Both the position numbers and the translations under genes were made by a program. Below the pieces are notes generated by a model. The model was given only the letters and a program-made list of their open reading frames with translations, did not search any database and was not told where the DNA came from. A stretch of 53,664 nt of DNA from a virus. Its lineage: Duplodnaviria > Caudoviricetes. The stretch lies in the IMG/VR virus record IMGVR_UViG_3300020043_005951, positions 1 to 53,664 of that record; one strand, 5' to 3'. Shown in pieces: positions 9,614-19,295 of this stretch. Within the stretch, counting starts at the first letter, position 1. Each line of letters begins with the position of its first letter.

Positions 9614-9924
9614 TAGTAAGGGTACTTTTTGTTATAATGGTTTTGTCGTTCCGTACAACCACAGTCGATTCCTAATTTAGTTGCCCATTCTTTGAATCTT
9701 TCACCTCCGTACTTTGCAAATTGTCTTTGAAGTGTATCACCAATTCCAATGTCAGATGGTATACGAAGCCTACGTACTATACGTACCCACCGTGGCGTCT
9801 TCTCTATTTTCTGGGGGGAAGGTATGCCTGAGAGGGTGGTGGGCTTCTTACATCTAGGGCAGGTGATTGTGGTTGCTAGATTACTATGGATAGGCCAGTT
9901 ACAGTTAGAGCATTGTTGCATCAT
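9613..9924 (-). CDS. Zn-ribbon / CGC-motif phage protein
   Basis: N-terminal CxxC...CxxC. C-terminal GIGDT...DCGCTERQ..YN motif recurrent in phage proteins. Confidence 0.65.
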   Translation of the reverse strand: MMQQCSNCNWPIHSNLATTITCPRCKKPTTLSGIPSPQKIEKTPRWVRIVRRLRIPSDIGIGDTLQRQFAKYGGERFKEWATKLGIDCGCTERQNHYNKKYPY

Positions 9925-10802
9925 GGTATTAGTGCGTCTAGTGCGACTGTGTAGTTTGCGATAATAGAACAGCCTGCTCCGGTACCAATGTTACTCGTAT
10001 TGGTTAGTGTAAGGGGTGAACAGGATGAATCGAACAATGTACCTTCTTCACCAGAACATGTAGTTATAGGAACATCGTCTTGAAGCCAACGCCACTCTCT
10101 TGAAGCATTGTACAGTGGACCTAGACCAATAGGAGGTGTGTAAGCTGTGCAGTCATAGTCACTGGGTACAGGGTCTCCTGTTAGTGCTCCAACTACGCTG
10201 CTGGTTATGACTATTCGTAGTATGCTTGCACTAAGGGCGGTAATGCTTAATTTGGTTGTCTGATACCAGTCATAAACACCCCCAGCACCATCATCTGTTG
10301 TGCAAATGAATGCCCATCGACAAAGGTTATAGCCGGCACAATAGTCAACTACATACGTCCCGCTCAGGTCAAAGCATGTTGGCTCGTCGCAAGTGTCTAG
10401 TGGTGAGCCTGGAAACCATCCACTAGAAACCCCACCATCTGTAATTGTGATTTGTACTGCTGAGAATGTAGTTAGTAGCAACGTATCAGGGTCGAGACAC
10501 TCACCACAACCAGGAGCAGCTGGTTCAATACAGGTGAATGTACAACATGCTTCAGCACAAGTTCCACATAACTCAACACATACTGTGTAGGTGTCGGTTG
10601 TATCTACAACAATTTCATCCGTAGCTCCACCCCCAGAGAGTGTGATTTCGTGAAGCGTTCCTGGTGCTCCTGAGCGATACCAATACGCACGACTTGCATT
10701 AGCTATTACATACTCAAATGCGTTGTAAGCAGTTTCAGTGCAGGTAACTGTTGGTGTACCTGTGTTTTCACAACGATTACCAGGATAAAGAAGGAGTCCC
10801 AT
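9921..10802 (-). CDS. Cys-rich putative tail-tip/fibre protein
   Basis: 293 aa with 19 Cys, Thr/Gly-rich, directly downstream of tail genes. Confidence 0.55.
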   Translation of the reverse strand: MGLLLYPGNRCENTGTPTVTCTETAYNAFEYVIANASRAYWYRSGAPGTLHEITLSGGGATDEIVVDTTDTYTVCVELCGTCAEACCTFTCIEPAAPGCGECLDPDTLLLTTFSAVQITITDGGVSSGWFPGSPLDTCDEPTCFDLSGTYVVDYCAGYNLCRWAFICTTDDGAGGVYDWYQTTKLSITALSASILRIVITSSVVGALTGDPVPSDYDCTAYTPPIGLGPLYNASREWRWLQDDVPITTCSGEEGTLFDSSCSPLTLTNTSNIGTGAGCSIIANYTVALDALIP

Positions 10803-10804
10803 AA

Positions 10805-11656
10805 TTAACTACTTATGACAGAAGCAGGGCAGTTGTCAACGTCAACAAAATAACGCGTACCGATCTTCTTGAGTTGTATTAAAGCATCACCAGTAATTCC
10901 CATCATTACCATGTTATAAATGGTTTCAGTAGCACCTGTTAGAGCACCAAATTCATCGACTAGATCGCATACTTCAGATGGAAATGTGTAAGGTGCTGTA
11001 TCCGTTGTCATTGCAGCAATACCACCAGATGGAGTTACTGCGAGTTTTGCATCTCCACCTGATCCAGTTCCTCCAATTGCTCCGGCTACAACTAGGTAGT
11101 AATCGAATTCCGACTCAAGTGTTACATCAGATATGGATTCTACATACCATTGTACGTAAAAGTAATTAAGAACTTGAATACGTCCAATATTATTTGTAAT
11201 TAAATCGGTATTATCTGGCCCAAGAAAGTTGAAGAAATCACCTTGGTAAGGAGCATCGCTAAGTAGAAATGTTTTTGTTTTGAGTAATGATACTCCACTG
11301 ACTAAGGCACGTGCCTGTGCTCCTATTTCTCCTGGGAGGGGGTCAAGGAGGATGAATATATCGTACTCGCCGCCGAAGATTGCTAGTGGGTCGGTTGTTT
11401 CCCAGACAGTCTCGTTGGTTATGTTATCTAATCTGTCGCTTAGAAGAAGAGAGGGATCACCTATCGCGACTACTGTAAATTGGTCTTTTGCTACTGCTTC
11501 ATGATTCGATACCCAAATCCAAGACTGTTGGGAAAGGTTGTGTATTGCAGGTATGCCTGTTAGTTTTTTATTTACTGCTTTGTCTACCTTGTTGTACCAC
11601 GCAGCTGTGTATACATCGAGGAAAGGATCACCAGGTTTAGCCATAACAGGAACCAA
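10805..11656 (-). CDS. putative minor tail protein
   Basis: Position after tape measure and distal tail. Acidic, beta-rich composition. Confidence 0.5.
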   Translation of the reverse strand: MVPVMAKPGDPFLDVYTAAWYNKVDKAVNKKLTGIPAIHNLSQQSWIWVSNHEAVAKDQFTVVAIGDPSLLLSDRLDNITNETVWETTDPLAIFGGEYDIFILLDPLPGEIGAQARALVSGVSLLKTKTFLLSDAPYQGDFFNFLGPDNTDLITNNIGRIQVLNYFYVQWYVESISDVTLESEFDYYLVVAGAIGGTGSGGDAKLAVTPSGGIAAMTTDTAPYTFPSEVCDLVDEFGALTGATETIYNMVMMGITGDALIQLKKIGTRYFVDVDNCPASVISS

Positions 11657-11712
11657 ATGTAGAGGGCGGAAACAGAAGCAGAAGTAGTGGTAGGATGGGT
11701 TGGTGGTGGTGT

Positions 11713-11751
11713 AAAAGCGGCTCCTAGAGGAGAACCCAAAACCCCTAGGAG
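11713..11751 (-). terminator. putative intrinsic terminator
   Basis: CTCCTAG...CTAGGAG inverted repeat followed by TTTT on the minus strand. Confidence 0.35.
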
Positions 11752-11856
11752 CCTAGATGCTGCCGTGTTACACCCTCTCACAAGTCACAGCAGCATTGTA
11801 CGAATGGGTCAGGCAGACGGAGCAAACAGATAGAAGCGGACCCAAAGTCACAGCGG

Positions 11857-12732
11857 TTAAATGCCCAGTAGGTCAAAGTTGCCTGGTTCTCTAACTTGTA
11901 ATATTTGACGGAAGACTGGGTGAAGTAGTTGAACACTGTTTGAGATTCTTGGATCGTATATGTAGTCAACAATATCATGACCGAGCTTAGTCAATGATGG
12001 AAAAGGTGGATCAGCAACACCAGATATATTTGGTCTGTAAATGAAGTTAAACGTCACAGGAACATACTTAAATGCTTCTGAATTAGCATCACAATAATCA
12101 AACAGTACACTTCCCGCAGGAAATCCGTAGAAGGTGGCATTGTTGTATGTTTTGGACAGCGAAGCATACGTTAACATTACTGATGTTGTCCAAATACTTG
12201 GATCAAAATAACCGGTAATGTTGAAAGACAAACCAGGATCAGTTATGTCCATACCATCAACGTTTGTACCGTTCTTCCCAATCCCTCTGTATGTTTCTGG
12301 GGGGATGAGAGAGGAGCCTGATTGTGCTACTATAGAACGCTGTGAGATTGCTTGACTGATATGAACGGTTTCACCATTAGTGCTGAATCCAAACTGGATG
12401 TGAGTTGAGTTCTGTTCTTTCTCAGGAAGTGAGTAAGTAAGTGTTACTTTCCAACCACCATCTACTTGTTCTACCCCGGATATATCATTGATGAATAACT
12501 CTACATCACCTAGGCTAGTTGGAAATACTCTTGAGTCAGGGAAGTTGTCATAAATGTATTTCAGTATGTTGACGTCATCATTAGGCGTGAAGAAGTCACC
12601 ATACAAAGTATCCCAAGCAACCTGATCTGAGATAGCATCAGGTTCACAGATGTAATACTCAAATGTTTGAGTAGTTCCATCCCGTGTCTGAGAGAAGCGT
12701 CTACTTTCGTAGCCTATTTCGAAGTAACTCAT
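11857..12732 (-). CDS. putative minor tail protein (distal tail/hub)
   Basis: 291-aa ORF shortly after tape measure. N..TFYGFPAGSVLF motif typical of such tail proteins. Confidence 0.55.
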   Translation of the reverse strand: MSYFEIGYESRRFSQTRDGTTQTFEYYICEPDAISDQVAWDTLYGDFFTPNDDVNILKYIYDNFPDSRVFPTSLGDVELFINDISGVEQVDGGWKVTLTYSLPEKEQNSTHIQFGFSTNGETVHISQAISQRSIVAQSGSSLIPPETYRGIGKNGTNVDGMDITDPGLSFNITGYFDPSIWTTSVMLTYASLSKTYNNATFYGFPAGSVLFDYCDANSEAFKYVPVTFNFIYRPNISGVADPPFPSLTKLGHDIVDYIYDPRISNSVQLLHPVFRQILQVREPGNFDLLGI

Positions 12733-12952
12733 ATAAAGGCTCCCTCTTTTTATGGAGGTTGTGTTTCTGTTTCAAATGTGCAATATATTCCAGACGATCT
12801 ACATATACAAACAGTAGTTCGTCTGAAGGGGTTTTAGCTACTCGATGAACCTTTAAGCCGCATTCAATACCCACAACAGGTTCAAGTGCTGTGAGTATTG
12901 TGTTGCGTCTTTCAAGTCGTTGGATAGCTATGATAGCTTCCATAACTTTCAT
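12701..12952 (-). CDS. hypothetical protein
   Basis: 83-aa ORF with start overlapping the tape measure stop. Confidence 0.45.
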   Translation of the reverse strand: MKVMEAIIAIQRLERRNTILTALEPVVGIECGLKVHRVAKTPSDELLFVYVDRLEYIAHLKQKHNLHKKREPLYELLRNRLRK

Positions 12953-15900
12953 TATTTCAGACCCATTGTTACAGGTAATCCATGTTGTAGGATTTGATCC
13001 AAGTTGCCAGTTGTCTGACTGGTGTTGTCTTGAATCTGTTCCAAAGCTGTGAGACTCTTTTGTTCAACCGATTGACCTGATGCAAATTTAAGTAAGTTAC
13101 GTCTTGTCTGTTGGAAACTACCAGTTACGGAAGAAACAAGATCGGAAAGTTGAGCACGTTGAGGGGCTGCAATTGTTCCTCTAGCTTGCTTACGTAGTTC
13201 TCTTACTTGATCTTTTAACAGACCAGCCCGCTGAGCGTTATCAATTATCTGCTTCAAGGTACGTTGACGTTTAAGAAACTCTTGCGGTGATTCAACAGTC
13301 TTTTGTACACCTAAAGCAGCAAATTGACCAGGAGGTTGGATACCTAGTGCTTGTCCTTTGAATACCGTATCCTTCCGAAGTCTTGCAGTATCCAAACGTA
13401 AATCTTTCAACTGGCTTTGAATGAACGGTATCTGTGCTTTGGCAACAGCAGCAGGATCAGCTTTTGCAGCAGCAGTAGTGAATACAGCTTTAGCATTTTT
13501 ACCTATTGCAGAAAGATTGTCTTTGTTGAATATCTTTCCAAATACGGCATCAATGTTATTATTCGTACCAGTACCACCAAATAAAGCAGCAAGAGGATTC
13601 TTTGTTGGTACTGGAATTCCATTGAATGCACCAATGAATTGACCTAAGTTACTGAATGGTCCTTTTGGTGATTTGCTAAGTCGATCTGCTGTTTCATTTG
13701 CAAAACCCAACAACATCTGTTGTACTTGGGATTCAGTGTAGCTAAGATTTAGTGCTTTGATCTTTGCAGGCTCTAAAGCAGGAGCGGTGAAGATATTGGT
13801 GAGTCCGTCTTTGAATGTCTTCAAGAACTTATCTAACTTGTTTGTGAAACCATCAAAGGATTGATTAGCTCTAGTAACCTTCAAGTCAAACTGATAGAAG
13901 TTCTCAGCGATCTCTTCGAACTGTCCGGTGCTTGGATTGAATCGTAAGAACTTTTGTCCAGCTAGCTTTTCCATTGCTTGTGTAGGAGCAAAGTCATTTG
14001 ATTTATTACTTGGTAGTACACCTAAGAAAGCAATCATTGCAATACGTAGATCACGCATTGTTTGAGCTATTGCATTGTAGATCAACTTCATAGTATCATT
14101 AACTGATGAAGCCATACCTACAATAGCAAGGCCGATACCTTCAAAGATACCTTTCATGTCGATTGCTTCGAAGACTCCACGAATCATTTCACCAATGCCA
14201 CCACCAAGCCCACCACCTTGAAATAGATTAGCAAGATTGCTTAATGTATTTCCTAATGATGCTCCAAATGTATTAGCAAACAATTTACCCAATTCAGCAG
14301 TTGAACTGATTAGCTTGACTATGAAGTCGTAAGCAGGAGCAATTGCTAGTGTCAAATGATTCCATGCTTCACTCAGTTTGTTACCAACGATATCTACAAT
14401 AGCAGATAAAGCGGTACTTAGTTGTTGAAAGCCAAGATCGCCGTCACCCGCAAGAAGTGTTTTCATACTCTTGCCGATTAAGGAAAATGCAGGGCCAACT
14501 GCTGTAGCAATACTACCAATTGCTCCAAATGCTGATCTGATACCTGCACCAAGACGTTCAAAGGCTTCTCGAATAAATTTGATCTTAGGACCAAAGATAA
14601 GCAAGAAGGTAAGAATGTTTCCCCAACCAGACAGCGTAGTAAGAGTCTTGAAAGAAATTGCAGCAAGTGCTCCAAATGCTTTGGTGAGTGACCAAACTGC
14701 TTTTGCTCCACTAAGGAAGATTCGAACAAAGTCGATCTTCCATAGGGTTCGGAATCCAAATACAACTAGCTTTAGTCCACCAGACCAAAGACGAGCAAGA
14801 GCAGTTCCAGTTTTAGCAATTACAGCAGTAGTTGATGTTTTTGCAAATGTAGCTCCAAATTGGGTAGCTGATTTGAAACGTCCAATACGAGCTAACTTAG
14901 CCTGTAAAGCTGCTTGTTTAACACCACCAGCTAAAACAGCTTTGTTTACTAGATTTTGACCTCTAGCAATTCTAGCTACTTCTAGTTTGTTACGTCTAGC
15001 GGCTAAAGCATTTAGAGCTTTTTTGTTACTTGCTACCTCCGCAGTCAGAACATCGCGTTCAATAACTAATGCTGATCGGTCTACGTAATTAGTTATGGTT
15101 GCTAATTTCTTATCAACTGCAGCTATTTGCTTTGTAAGAGAAACTTTTCGAGCTAATGCTGCATTTTGCTTGTTGCCGATACTTACAAGTGCTTTTGATT
15201 CTGGCAGCTTCGGTGTAACAGAATCTGTATTTAATTGTATTAAAGCAATCTGGGTACGTCGAAATGCACGTTGTTGTGCGAGTAGTCGTTTGTTAGGAGC
15301 TAACGCTTTACTAATCGCAGCAGCCATTCTGGAATAGACAGAAACAGCTTTGGGTCCAAGAGCTTTCAGATTCGTATACAGACTCTTTGTTGCAGCTACC
15401 AAATAATTAGTTGCGGCTGTTGCTGCACCTAATCCGCTTTTGGCTGTTGCTCCTGCTTGGGTTGCCCCTACTCGACCCAGGAAGCTGGTTGGTTTGATTT
15501 TTCTAGCGTTCCGACCCCGCCCCCCGACTAACTGGGGGGTGAGGAGGGCTGCTGATAGTCCTCTGTCAAAACTGCGTGCTGACTTACGGATTCTATCCAT
15601 AAGTACAGCTACGTTGGTTAGTTGTTGGGTAAGTAATCCACCAATCAGCCTACCTGTTCCACGAATACCTCCAGCAAGTAATCCAATCACTCCTGCTAGT
15701 TTGGCTGCTGCGAATGATGCTACGAGTAGTCCTGCTCCTAACCCTAGTATGGCTACTGGGCTGAGAATCAATCCAGTCACTAAGGTCTGGTTTGCTTTGG
15801 TTAATTGCTCAAGTGCTAGGGATAGGGCAGGGACTAAATCGAGAGTAGGGATAATTGCGTCAGCTAGTAACTTACCCCAACGTAATGTCAGACCTTCAAT

Positions 15901-16905
15901 AGCGGAAGAAGCACGACGAATAGCACCACCAAAACCACTGTCCATCTTGACAGCAGCTTTACGTGCTTCATCACCTGCTGCTGCGATCTGCTTCTGCAAG
16001 TCGATGATCTTCTTGATATCATCTAATGCAGTAATAGCACGACCACCACGAATATTGAAAATACTTTGTAGAACAGCAGTACGCTTCAAGTTTCCCAGTT
16101 TGCTGATCTTGTCGTACAACTGCTCTAAGAACTTGATGAATCCAGGACCGTCGATGTTCTCAGGAAGAACAAGTCCTAGTTTAGCAAGCTGCTTACCTTT
16201 TGATGCAAGCTGCAATAGAGCTGTATTAAGAGACGTACCAGCTTTGGTTCCTTTGAGAGAACGCTCAGCAAGTTGAGTGATAAGAGCAAGAGTAGTAGGC
16301 AAGTCGATGTTGAGATTGCGTACTGTTCCTAATACTTCTTTGATGGATTCTTTGAGGTCAAGAACATCAAGAGTACCTAGACGAGCAGCAGCAATAAATT
16401 GGCTGGCTACTTCTGTTGCTTTATCTGCTTCAAGAGAGAATGATCGAAGCGTATTAGCAAGAATAGCACCTGATGATGCCAAATCAATTTGAGCACCACG
16501 GGCAAGATCAAGAGTTGGTTGAAGCAGCTTTGTTACTTGTGCAGCATTAAAGCCTGCCTGAGCAAGTACAGTTGCAGCATCAGCTACCTGAGAAGCAGTA
16601 AAAGAAGTAGTACGACCCAACTGTCGGATAGTCTTTTCTACTCCTGCTAGTTCTGCTTCTGTAGCTACTAATTTGGTAGATAGAAATAGCAGCTTATCTT
16701 CAAAGTCTTCGAATTGCTTGGCAAGTGCAGTAAGTCCCAAAGAACCCAAGAAGCCACCAGAAAACATTTCAAAGCCAAGACGATTAACCTTGGCTGAGAA
16801 TTTGTTTAGATTGCTACCAATTCTTTTTAAGGCAGCGTCAACCGAGTCCTGTACTTGGACTACAATGATTGACTTACCTGCAATAATTCCTGCTCTTGGA
16901 CTCAT
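12952..16905 (-). CDS. tail tape measure protein (TP901 family)
   Basis: 1317 aa, Ala/Gly/Leu-rich. LG.TT.FTASQVADA...LAQAGF and KGT.AGT.L motifs, with hydrophobic segments. Confidence 0.93.
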   Translation of the reverse strand: MSPRAGIIAGKSIIVVQVQDSVDAALKRIGSNLNKFSAKVNRLGFEMFSGGFLGSLGLTALAKQFEDFEDKLLFLSTKLVATEAELAGVEKTIRQLGRTTSFTASQVADAATVLAQAGFNAAQVTKLLQPTLDLARGAQIDLASSGAILANTLRSFSLEADKATEVASQFIAAARLGTLDVLDLKESIKEVLGTVRNLNIDLPTTLALITQLAERSLKGTKAGTSLNTALLQLASKGKQLAKLGLVLPENIDGPGFIKFLEQLYDKISKLGNLKRTAVLQSIFNIRGGRAITALDDIKKIIDLQKQIAAAGDEARKAAVKMDSGFGGAIRRASSAIEGLTLRWGKLLADAIIPTLDLVPALSLALEQLTKANQTLVTGLILSPVAILGLGAGLLVASFAAAKLAGVIGLLAGGIRGTGRLIGGLLTQQLTNVAVLMDRIRKSARSFDRGLSAALLTPQLVGGRGRNARKIKPTSFLGRVGATQAGATAKSGLGAATAATNYLVAATKSLYTNLKALGPKAVSVYSRMAAAISKALAPNKRLLAQQRAFRRTQIALIQLNTDSVTPKLPESKALVSIGNKQNAALARKVSLTKQIAAVDKKLATITNYVDRSALVIERDVLTAEVASNKKALNALAARRNKLEVARIARGQNLVNKAVLAGGVKQAALQAKLARIGRFKSATQFGATFAKTSTTAVIAKTGTALARLWSGGLKLVVFGFRTLWKIDFVRIFLSGAKAVWSLTKAFGALAAISFKTLTTLSGWGNILTFLLIFGPKIKFIREAFERLGAGIRSAFGAIGSIATAVGPAFSLIGKSMKTLLAGDGDLGFQQLSTALSAIVDIVGNKLSEAWNHLTLAIAPAYDFIVKLISSTAELGKLFANTFGASLGNTLSNLANLFQGGGLGGGIGEMIRGVFEAIDMKGIFEGIGLAIVGMASSVNDTMKLIYNAIAQTMRDLRIAMIAFLGVLPSNKSNDFAPTQAMEKLAGQKFLRFNPSTGQFEEIAENFYQFDLKVTRANQSFDGFTNKLDKFLKTFKDGLTNIFTAPALEPAKIKALNLSYTESQVQQMLLGFANETADRLSKSPKGPFSNLGQFIGAFNGIPVPTKNPLAALFGGTGTNNNIDAVFGKIFNKDNLSAIGKNAKAVFTTAAAKADPAAVAKAQIPFIQSQLKDLRLDTARLRKDTVFKGQALGIQPPGQFAALGVQKTVESPQEFLKRQRTLKQIIDNAQRAGLLKDQVRELRKQARGTIAAPQRAQLSDLVSSVTGSFQQTRRNLLKFASGQSVEQKSLTALEQIQDNTSQTTGNLDQILQHGLPVTMGLK

Positions 16906-17255
16906 TTGAAATGCTTTCCAGCATGTTGTTGTAATCCAGCTTTACCTGAATTACGTTTCATGTTCTTTGGTAGTAAATCAGGATTCTGTGCAGAACAAGC
17001 CCATGTAATTTGAAGTTCTTCATAACGGATAGCCAGCATATCCATTACTTGACCGATTGAGTAGCGATCTGCCGGCCCAATCTTGGCTTCAAATTCCATT
17101 AAGATATCTAGGAATTCTTGTTCTGTTGTTCCGACTCGGCTTGGAACATATTCAACGCGTTTTGCTTTAGCAACTCTGGCAGCCGCTTCTTGAATTCTAG
17201 CAGAATGGGTTTCGCGTCTCGATCTGAAAAATTTATAACAGCCTGCCAGAGGCAC
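16902..17255 (-). CDS. tail assembly chaperone GT extension (-1 frame)
   Basis: Overlaps 17108..17518 in the -1 frame and ends at the tape measure start. Confidence 0.55.
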   Translation of the reverse strand: MPLAGCYKFFRSRRETHSARIQEAAARVAKAKRVEYVPSRVGTTEQEFLDILMEFEAKIGPADRYSIGQVMDMLAIRYEELQITWACSAQNPDLLPKNMKRNSGKAGLQQHAGKHFK

Positions 17256-17518
17256 TCCTTGAATTTGGTTAGAAAGTCACGAGTGATTAACTCAAGTGCT
17301 TTGTCTTTGTCTTGTAGTTTAGTAGAAACGATCCACCACCAAATGTCAAGAATCTTCTCATCATTGAGAGCAATCAACGATGCAAAGGCTCCAAGGTTTT
17401 CTTCTTCAAAAAGATTCAGAAGATTGATTCCGAATTCTTTCTTTAGCACGAAGCACTTTGGTACATTGAATTCAATATCGAAATCAATATTGTCAAACTT
17501 AAAAGTTGTATTGGACAT
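17108..17518 (-). CDS. tail assembly chaperone (gpG-like)
   Basis: 136 aa, helical, located between tail tube and tape measure. Confidence 0.65.
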   Translation of the reverse strand: MSNTTFKFDNIDFDIEFNVPKCFVLKKEFGINLLNLFEEENLGAFASLIALNDEKILDIWWWIVSTKLQDKDKALELITRDFLTKFKECLWQAVINFSDRDAKPILLEFKKRLPELLKQNALNMFQAESEQQNKNS

Positions 17519-17529
17519 GAGATAGTGGC

Positions 17530-17757
17530 CTAAGGAGGGGGGAGTAGTTCGGGTTTGAAAGCTCGGATTGTCAGCAGCACTTGGTCAACATTAACTGAGA
17601 CAAACTTGGGAAGTTCCATAAGAAAGCGATCAGCCAACTCTGGTCCCAAAGTGTCTATCAATACTTTTCGAGGTACAAATTCGAGTACGTTAGTTGATCG
17701 AACTAGTGCTTCGACCAACCCCGCCGCGTCTGTACTTTCCTGGGGGGAAGGGAGCAT
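17530..17757 (-). CDS. hypothetical protein
   Basis: 75-aa ORF with GAGG RBS, tightly packed. Confidence 0.55.
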   Translation of the reverse strand: MLPSPQESTDAAGLVEALVRSTNVLEFVPRKVLIDTLGPELADRFLMELPKFVSVNVDQVLLTIRAFKPELLPPP

Positions 17758-17759
17758 GA

Positions 17760-18209
17760 TTACCTCGCTAGTAGTTGTAGTAATAGTTCTCTGTTGACTT
17801 CGCTTAAACCCTTTGATCGGGTTAGTGCTGATTGAGGAATGATTGAATTGGGCCGTCGTTTTTGGGTGATGGTTTCGGTTGCTTCGACTGTGTAAGTGAA
17901 TAGTCCCGCTGCTTCACATGTTTCAAGGTCTAGGACTTTTAATACCTGTCCTGTATCTACCCAAACATTGTCTACGTCTGTTGAGGAGCAACCACGTACA
18001 AGAGCTGCCTTGATTTTGGCTTGCTCTTTAGTTAGTTGGACTGGTGGAACAAGTGGGTCAGCGGAGCGGGGTGTTGGCGTAGGGTGGGTAGGAGCAGTAG
18101 TAGCTCTTGCGTGTCGGGCAGCAGTTGCTTTGTTGGCTGCGTCGATGAATTCGTTGGCTTGGTTGGCTGCTTCGTTGGGTGTGATTGGTGTAGGATTGAG
18201 TGGTGCCAT
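17760..18209 (-). CDS. hypothetical protein
   Basis: 149-aa ORF with AGGA RBS. Confidence 0.55.
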   Translation of the reverse strand: MAPLNPTPITPNEAANQANEFIDAANKATAARHARATTAPTHPTPTPRSADPLVPPVQLTKEQAKIKAALVRGCSSTDVDNVWVDTGQVLKVLDLETCEAAGLFTYTVEATETITQKRRPNSIIPQSALTRSKGLSEVNRELLLQLLAR

Positions 18210-18333
18210 TTTGGGTTCCTGAATGATGAAAGATGGAAAATAAAACCACTCACGGTTTGACGCAGATGGTCAGTCTGCCCGTGAGTGGAGCTACCCGCCG
18301 TTGACCGATTATAAGTCGGGTGGTAGTAGGTGT

Positions 18334-18855
18334 TTAACCAGAGTATACTGATGTGTCCCAATCGGCTGCGGTGTTGGCTACGGCTATTTTAACTGCACGT
18401 ACAGCACAGTCAGAGCAAGCTGCCGGTTTCAGATTGAAGGATGCTTCTTGTTCACCTTCAGCAGGACCACTGATGGAGCGTTCAAAGTTCCACCACTTAC
18501 CACGATAGCCAACCGAATTGACTTCAGTTAGTGGGCCGGTGAGAATGAGGAAGTCAACAGCACTATTTCCTTTTCGAGCACTATTGATGACCAAGAAGCC
18601 TTGGTAGTTACCATCAACAATTTGAGTACCAGAAACAGAGACGTCTTCGTCACCGGGATTGAACGTCTTGATAGTACCAAGACTACCACGACGCATGAGT
18701 TGGTTTTCGTCAGAGGTGTCAGTGATTTGTAGATCACCTACGATTCCAACGTGTTCAACATAAACAGGAGTTGCACAGTCTCCTGAAATGTTGTAGTACA
18801 GACGCATGTTACTTCCATCATTTGTGCATTCTGTGATGGTAGTGGAGATTGGCAT
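18334..18855 (-). CDS. major tail tube protein
   Basis: 173 aa, beta-rich, in the canonical position after the neck genes. Confidence 0.7.
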   Translation of the reverse strand: MPISTTITECTNDGSNMRLYYNISGDCATPVYVEHVGIVGDLQITDTSDENQLMRRGSLGTIKTFNPGDEDVSVSGTQIVDGNYQGFLVINSARKGNSAVDFLILTGPLTEVNSVGYRGKWWNFERSISGPAEGEQEASFNLKPAACSDCAVRAVKIAVANTAADWDTSVYSG

Positions 18856-18857
18856 TC

Positions 18858-19295
18858 TTAAAGAACCTTTCCTAATTGAAGCGAGAACTCTTTAGGTATT
18901 CTACCTTCCAGAGACTTGATGGTTGTGGACATGTAAGGACGTGCTTTGAAGTTCACAATCTTAAAGATACGTCCCAAGGTGAAAACTGTTTTTCCGAATT
19001 CATGAATACTAGGTAAGGGTTCGTTGTATTGTCTAGAACTGGAGAACTTAATCGGTCCAATGATAGCGGTGTTACCCGACACATTGAATTGAATTACTCT
19101 CAAACCAGCTAACGTATGTGCGTGAGGGGCAGCTCCAGGAGTTGAAGCACCCGGTCTTACTTTTAGACGATTAATGGCACTTCTTCGAATTAAGGCAGCT
19201 ACACCATAAATGGCGTCTCGCTTTCCACGGTCCTTTTGGACTCTTAATTGTTTGAAGAAAGTAACAGTTCTCGCTGAATAAGTAATCATTTGCAA
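18858..19295 (-). CDS. tail completion/neck protein (HK97 gp10-like)
   Basis: Basic protein with S.PG..PH.HT, HEFG and ARPYM motifs. Confidence 0.7.
   Translation of the reverse strand: MQMITYSARTVTFFKQLRVQKDRGKRDAIYGVAALIRRSAINRLKVRPGASTPGAAPHAHTLAGLRVIQFNVSGNTAIIGPIKFSSSRQYNEPLPSIHEFGKTVFTLGRIFKIVNFKARPYMSTTIKSLEGRIPKEFSLQLGKVL

Noticed and set aside
13421-16909. Long plus-strand ORFs (e.g. 15440..16276, 14471..14959)
   Set aside because: They are antisense shadows of the tape measure gene with no recognisable motifs. The same applies to the other plus-strand ORFs in the track.
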